Shown here: piece after piece, positions 59,694 to 64,000 of the stretch
How positions within the stretch are numbered: position 1 is the first letter of the stretch
How the letters are laid out: every line of letters starts with the position of its first letter
NCBI GenBank assembly: GCA_963843145.1
Contig: CAWJJC010000020.1
Span: 224,001-288,000 of the forward strand
Length of the DNA stretch: 64,000 nucleotides
DNA from: an uncultured delta proteobacterium
GTDB taxonomy: Bacteria > Desulfobacterota > RBG-13-43-22
Direction of reading: 5' to 3'
Program-made: the position numbers and the translations under genes
Notes under the pieces: model-generated
The model's input: only the letters and a program-made list of their open reading frames with translations
Told to the model about the DNA's origin: nothing
Database searches by the model: none

Positions 59694-60826
59694 GTGCGAA
59701 CGATTTATTTGCCCTTCATCAACGCATGCCCCGCAAAGTCAGGCTGGCCGATATTACGGTACGGGACGGATTTCAACATGAGGAAACCTGGATCCCCACG
59801 GAAGCCAAGATTTATTACCTGCAGGAACTGGCCGCGGCCGGGGTCAAGCGGCTGGAAGCCACCAATCTGGGAAATCCCCGTGTCATGCCCCAGTTCAAAG
59901 ACGCCGAGGAGGTCCTGAAGGCCATCCGCTCCGAAAATTTCTGTAAAAAGCTCAGTCGGAAGGGAATCGATCCCCAAGCCATCGAATGGACGGCCATTAC
60001 CATCCGGGAATCGGCCGTGGATCGCGCCCTGTCCCTGAAGGAACAGGGGGTTGGCCCCGATCGGGTCCTGATGATGGTCTCCACCGATGAAGAACATCAT
60101 TTTGCCAACAGCGCCCTGACCCTGCCCCAATACTGGAAAGAGGCTGAACGGTGCATAAAAAAATGCCATGACCGGGGGGTCAAGCTCTGCGGCACGATCA
60201 GTACCATCTGGGGGAGTCCCATCTCCGGACCTACGGATTTAAAAAGTGCCCTGGAATTCACCCGCCGCTGGTTGGACATCGGCGCCGACGATATCGAACA
60301 CGCCGATCATGACGGTTCCGCCCCTCCGGATCAGGTCTACCGCTATTTTTCCATGATCCTGGATGCCTTCCCCGATCCGAATCTCCACGTGGCCCATTTT
60401 CATGTGACCCGGGGCTGGGGATCGGCCAATGTGCTGGCCGCTTTGCAGGCCGGAATCAACATCTTTGAAGGGACCCTGGGCGGTATCGGCGGCCAGCCGG
60501 CCAATTTTCTGGATCGGACTCCTGTTCCGGGCACCGGCGCTTATTATTACCGGGACCCGAACATCGTCGGCCTGGTTTCCCTGGAGGATCTGTGCGTGAT
60601 GCTCGATGAAATGGGCATCGATCTGGACGGCATCGACATCAACCGGGTGCTGGAACTGGGCACTCTGATGGAAAGGACCGTCGGCCGGCGGCTTCGATCC
60701 GAGTCCATTTTAAGCGGCCGGATCCCGAAGACACCCCGCGAGGAATACCGCCGGCCCCAGTTGGCGGGGCTGAAGCAGAAAATGGGAGAACGACCCGGCC
60801 AGATCCTTCCGGATGAGTGGAGGTAA
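59690..60826 (+). CDS. HMG-CoA lyase-like DRE-TIM metallolyase
   Basis: DITVRDGFQHE, AHFHVTRG, GGIGG. Confidence 0.85.
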   Translation: MSANDLFALHQRMPRKVRLADITVRDGFQHEETWIPTEAKIYYLQELAAAGVKRLEATNLGNPRVMPQFKDAEEVLKAIRSENFCKKLSRKGIDPQAIEWTAITIRESAVDRALSLKEQGVGPDRVLMMVSTDEEHHFANSALTLPQYWKEAERCIKKCHDRGVKLCGTISTIWGSPISGPTDLKSALEFTRRWLDIGADDIEHADHDGSAPPDQVYRYFSMILDAFPDPNLHVAHFHVTRGWGSANVLAALQAGINIFEGTLGGIGGQPANFLDRTPVPGTGAYYYRDPNIVGLVSLEDLCVMLDEMGIDLDGIDINRVLELGTLMERTVGRRLRSESILSGRIPKTPREEYRRPQLAGLKQKMGERPGQILPDEWR

Positions 60827-61866
60827 AGGAGATTAACGTGCCGCCCGATTTATGGTCCCTTTATGGGCTTATGCTGAAAAGCCGCTTGTTCGAAGAAGCC
60901 ATTGCCAAACTGTGGCACGACGGCTTGATCTCCGGGGAGATGCATCTGGGAACGGGCGAAGAAGCCATCATCGCGGGGGTGGTTGCTAACCTAAAGGAAG
61001 CTGATGCCCTGGCTTTGGATCATCGGGGCACCGCCGCCTTGCTCATGCGGGGCGTAGACCCTGTCCTGGTGGCCCGCGAAATGCTCGGTTATGCCGACGG
61101 ATTGTGCGGCGGGATGGGAGGGCATATGCATCTTTTTTCCAAAGAGTACTTGGCCGCCTCTTCCGGTATTGTTGGGGCGGAAGGGCCGGCAGCCGCGGGC
61201 TTTGCGCTGGCAGCCCAGTACTCCCAACCCGGTGCGGTCGCCGTTGCCTTTTTCGGTGACGGGGCCATGAACCAAGGCATGTTGCTGGAATCGATAAATC
61301 TGGCCGCGGTTTGGAATCTGCCCATATTGTTTGTCTGCAAGGATGACGGCTGGGCCATTACCACCCCATCCGTCAAGATGACGGGCGGGGATTTAAATGA
61401 ACGGGCGCAAGGTTTGGGCGTCTCGGCTGTTGAAGTGGACGGTCGCGAGGTATCCGCGGTCTGGGAGGCGGCCCACGCCGCCATTGAAAGGGCCCGTTCC
61501 GGACGAGGGCCGACCTTCCTCCATGCCCGCTGCGTCCATTTGGAAGGTCATTTTTTGGGCTTCCAATTGGTCCGGATCGTGAACGATCCGCTTCGAGAAA
61601 TGCCCGGAATTGCCATTCCGCTCACAAAGTCCCTCTTGTCTCCTGGAGGGGCTGCCTGGCGCGATCGTCTGGCAGGGTTAAGAGCCGTTATGGCGTCGGT
61701 CCTCTCTTCGATGCGGGACCCGCGCCGGGATGCAGCTAATGATCCGGTCGCGCTTGCGCGCGCCACCCTGCAGTCGGACCCGGTGCGCTTGCAGGAACTG
61801 GAAAACCGGGTTGAGAAAGAAATCAGCGACGTGCTTTCATCTGCCCTGGCGGAGGTCCCGTCATGA
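60817..61866 (+). CDS. TPP-dependent 2-oxoacid/acetoin dehydrogenase E1 alpha
   Basis: HLGTGEEA, GGHMH, GDGAMNQG TPP motif; alternative GTG start at 60838. Confidence 0.9.
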   Translation: MEVKEINVPPDLWSLYGLMLKSRLFEEAIAKLWHDGLISGEMHLGTGEEAIIAGVVANLKEADALALDHRGTAALLMRGVDPVLVAREMLGYADGLCGGMGGHMHLFSKEYLAASSGIVGAEGPAAAGFALAAQYSQPGAVAVAFFGDGAMNQGMLLESINLAAVWNLPILFVCKDDGWAITTPSVKMTGGDLNERAQGLGVSAVEVDGREVSAVWEAAHAAIERARSGRGPTFLHARCVHLEGHFLGFQLVRIVNDPLREMPGIAIPLTKSLLSPGGAAWRDRLAGLRAVMASVLSSMRDPRRDAANDPVALARATLQSDPVRLQELENRVEKEISDVLSSALAEVPS

Positions 61867-62873
61867 GAACCATGTTTTTCACCCAGGCCGTTGATGACGC
61901 CCTGGCCCAGGCCATGGCGGAAGACCCACGCATTATCCTCTTTGGTGAAGATATTCCTTTATTGCGGCGTAACCTGCTGGTCCGCTTCGGGCCCGAACGC
62001 GTGCGAGGCACTCCCATCAGTGAAAGCGCGTTTCTGGGAGCCGGCGTGGCTGCCGCCATGGCCGGACTGCGTCCGGTGGTTGAAATGTATATGGTGGATT
62101 TTCTCGGAGTTTGCCTGGATGCCCTGCTCAATCATGCGGCCAAGGTCGAGGCATTCTCAGGCGGCCAATGGACTGCGCCCGTGGTGGTGCGTGCGCCTTG
62201 CGGCGGCGGTTACGGCGACGGCGGGCAGCACGAACAGTCTTTGTGGGGCTGGCTGGCGCACATTCCGGGGCTGACCGTACTGGTTCCCTCTACACCCGCC
62301 GACGCGGGCGGCCTCATGCTGGCGGCGTTACGGCACGATGGTCCGGTCATCTTCCATGAGCATAAACTCCTTTCGGAGACCTGGCTTGAATTCCTGGGTT
62401 CAGGAGCGCGGCGCACGGTTCAGTATGATGTTCCGGCAGACGGGGCCAAAGGCGCGGTACCTCAACATTGGGAACCCCTCCCTATCGGCCAAGCCGTCCT
62501 TCGCCGGGCAGGGGGTGATGTAATTATCGTCAGCCTGGGCGTGGGTGTCCACCGCGCGCTGGAGGCCGCGCAGGCCCTGGAGACGGAAGGGATTTCCGCA
62601 GGGGTGCTGGACTTGCGAACCGTCTCTCCGCTGGATAAAACAGCCGTCTGCGAGGCGGTCGCCCGGAGTGGGCGTCTGTTAGTGGTAGACGAAGACTACG
62701 AGGGCTTTGGTCTCTCAGGTGAATTGTCGGCGGTGGTCTTGGAGGCCGGCCTATCTTGCAAGTATGCCCGCGTCTGCACCCAGACGACCATTCCTTATGC
62801 CCGTCACCTGGAAGACCAGTGTCTCCCCAACAAACAGCGCATCTGTGCCGGAGTTAGACAGTTGATGCGGTGA
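61863..62873 (+). CDS. TPP-dependent dehydrogenase E1 beta
   Basis: GEDI, TPISE, GLRPVVE, QHEQ, EHKLL, DLRTVSPLD. Confidence 0.9.
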   Translation: MRTMFFTQAVDDALAQAMAEDPRIILFGEDIPLLRRNLLVRFGPERVRGTPISESAFLGAGVAAAMAGLRPVVEMYMVDFLGVCLDALLNHAAKVEAFSGGQWTAPVVVRAPCGGGYGDGGQHEQSLWGWLAHIPGLTVLVPSTPADAGGLMLAALRHDGPVIFHEHKLLSETWLEFLGSGARRTVQYDVPADGAKGAVPQHWEPLPIGQAVLRRAGGDVIIVSLGVGVHRALEAAQALETEGISAGVLDLRTVSPLDKTAVCEAVARSGRLLVVDEDYEGFGLSGELSAVVLEAGLSCKYARVCTQTTIPYARHLEDQCLPNKQRICAGVRQLMR

Positions 62874-62932
62874 TTGTCAATAGTAGGCGAGGACCTGGGC
62901 TCGCAACGTGATCCCGCCCATTGCCCCAAGGG

Positions 62933-63025
62933 GGGCATAAGCGCTAACTTAAAAAGATTGTCATTCCGGCGAAAGCCGGAATGACAACATAGAAATCGTC
63001 ACCTTTTAAGTTAGCGCGTATGCCC
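62933..63025. repeat. Nested palindrome (REP-like) between convergent genes
   Basis: GGGCATAAGCGCTAACTTAAAA ... TTTTAAGTTAGCGCGTATGCCC encloses TTGTCATTCCGGC-GAAA-GCCGGAATGACAA. Confidence 0.8.
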
Positions 63026-63102
63026 AAGGGCGGGCTCAGATTGATCGTCGCGTTTCGCATGGCCACATAGCGAGGAATCGCGGCGCTGGGTTCGTCCCGC
63101 GC

Positions 63103-63672
63103 TTAGCCTTCTGCTACCTTTTTAAGCAGCCAGGCCATTCGTTGCCCCAGTGTTTTTACCATCTGTATTCCCTCTTCATCCTTTTCGACCTCCCCGATAT
63201 TCCTGCCGATCCCGATCCCTCTCCCGACAATGACCATTTGCCCGGCCAGAAAAAAGTGGTTCATCGAATCAAGGGTATGTATTCCCCCGGTCCGACGCAA
63301 AGCGACGACCGAAGCCCCGACTTTATTCTTAAACAGGCCGCCGTTGGCCATGGATACAAATCCGGCCCGATCGATCAGGGCCTTCATCTCGGCGGTAACG
63401 TCGGCGAAATAGACCGGCGATCCCAGGATAATCCCGTCGGCAGCAATCATTTTTTCAATACATTCGTTGGCCAGGTCATCTTTGACGGCACACCGCTGAT
63501 CCTTATTGTCGAAACACTGGTAACAGGCAATGCAGCCGTGAATCTTCTTCCCGGAGAACTGGACCAACTCGGTTTCCAGCCCTTCATTTTCAAGCTCGCG
63601 GAGAATATGGTTAATGAGGATAGCGGTATTACCATCTTTCCTGGGACTTCCGTTGAAGGCTAAAACTTTCAT
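63103..63672 (-). CDS. Flavodoxin-family iron-sulfur flavoprotein (Isf-like)
   Basis: GSPRKDGNT, CIACYQC..RC, GSPVYF, MKALIDR. Confidence 0.92.
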   Translation of the reverse strand: MKVLAFNGSPRKDGNTAILINHILRELENEGLETELVQFSGKKIHGCIACYQCFDNKDQRCAVKDDLANECIEKMIAADGIILGSPVYFADVTAEMKALIDRAGFVSMANGGLFKNKVGASVVALRRTGGIHTLDSMNHFFLAGQMVIVGRGIGIGRNIGEVEKDEEGIQMVKTLGQRMAWLLKKVAEG

Positions 63673-63802
63673 GCGCTTTCCTTTCTTTCAGATCTGTTAA
63701 TTAAGATAGTTTCATAGATCGAGGGCTAGATAGAGACCTTTTCAAGAAGTACCGAACCAGATTAATTTTTTTAAAGTAGTTTTTATTACAGCCAAAAAAA
63801 AT

Positions 63803-64000
63803 TCAATTTTTCTTGGCTAGGCTTTTAAGAAAGCTTAAATATTTTCCCGCAGTTTCCTTCGGCTTTTCCAGCATGGGCCAATGGCCGCAATCTTTAATAA
63901 TCACCGTTTGATGATTTCTTAAGCCCATTTCAAAAACCGGGACGCTGGAAACATCAAGGACCTGGTCCCGATCGCCCCAGAGAATCAATGTCGGGGCATT
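63803..64000 (-). CDS. Alpha/beta hydrolase, C-terminal part (gene starts outside window)
   Basis: PTLILWGDRDQV ... CGHWPMLEKP catalytic Asp/His region. Confidence 0.85.
   Translation of the reverse strand, partial: NAPTLILWGDRDQVLDVSSVPVFEMGLRNHQTVIIKDCGHWPMLEKPKETAGKYLSFLKSLAKKN

Noticed and set aside
1-64000. Genome-wide UGA reassignment (genetic code 4 or 25) as the explanation for the in-frame TGAs
   Set aside because: Conserved genes end in TGA at their expected C-termini (carbamoyltransferase 3116, yidC 31562, mnmE 33781) and Trp is encoded by TGG, so read-through is site-specific.

Overview
This 64-kb window most likely comes from an anaerobic Desulfobacterota (deltaproteobacterial) genome, inferred from gene content and repeat types. 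The housekeeping core is queH, sucCD, paaK, a K+-independent hppA, rpmH-rnpA-yidD-yidC-jag-mnmE-rsmG, malic enzyme and dinB. Accessory blocks include a carbamoyltransferase/SxtJ/SxtK-like cassette, sigma54 two-component genes, a fabG-ACP-thioesterase-ABC/LolA-like operon, two toxin-antitoxin modules and a hydratase/HMG-CoA-lyase/E1 operon. The most interesting signal is hidden by the ORF track. A MerB (organomercurial lyase)-like gene at 56018-56723 has in-frame UGA codons at both positions matching the catalytic cysteines. Each UGA is followed 11 nt later by a SECIS-like hairpin with a GGUC loop, so it is a candidate two-selenocysteine organometal lyase, and it is followed by a DUF3786 gene. 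A second hidden selenoprotein (DsrE family, UxxC, 18087-18398) has the same loop motif. Also present are a fluoride riboswitch with a terminator ahead of a cation:proton antiporter, a candidate orphan structured RNA (~53720-53825), at least three families of dispersed intergenic repeats or MITEs, and three internally deleted genes plus one fusion. Many single-base frameshifts are probably sequencing or assembly indels. All family calls come from motif recognition by eye; no searches were run.
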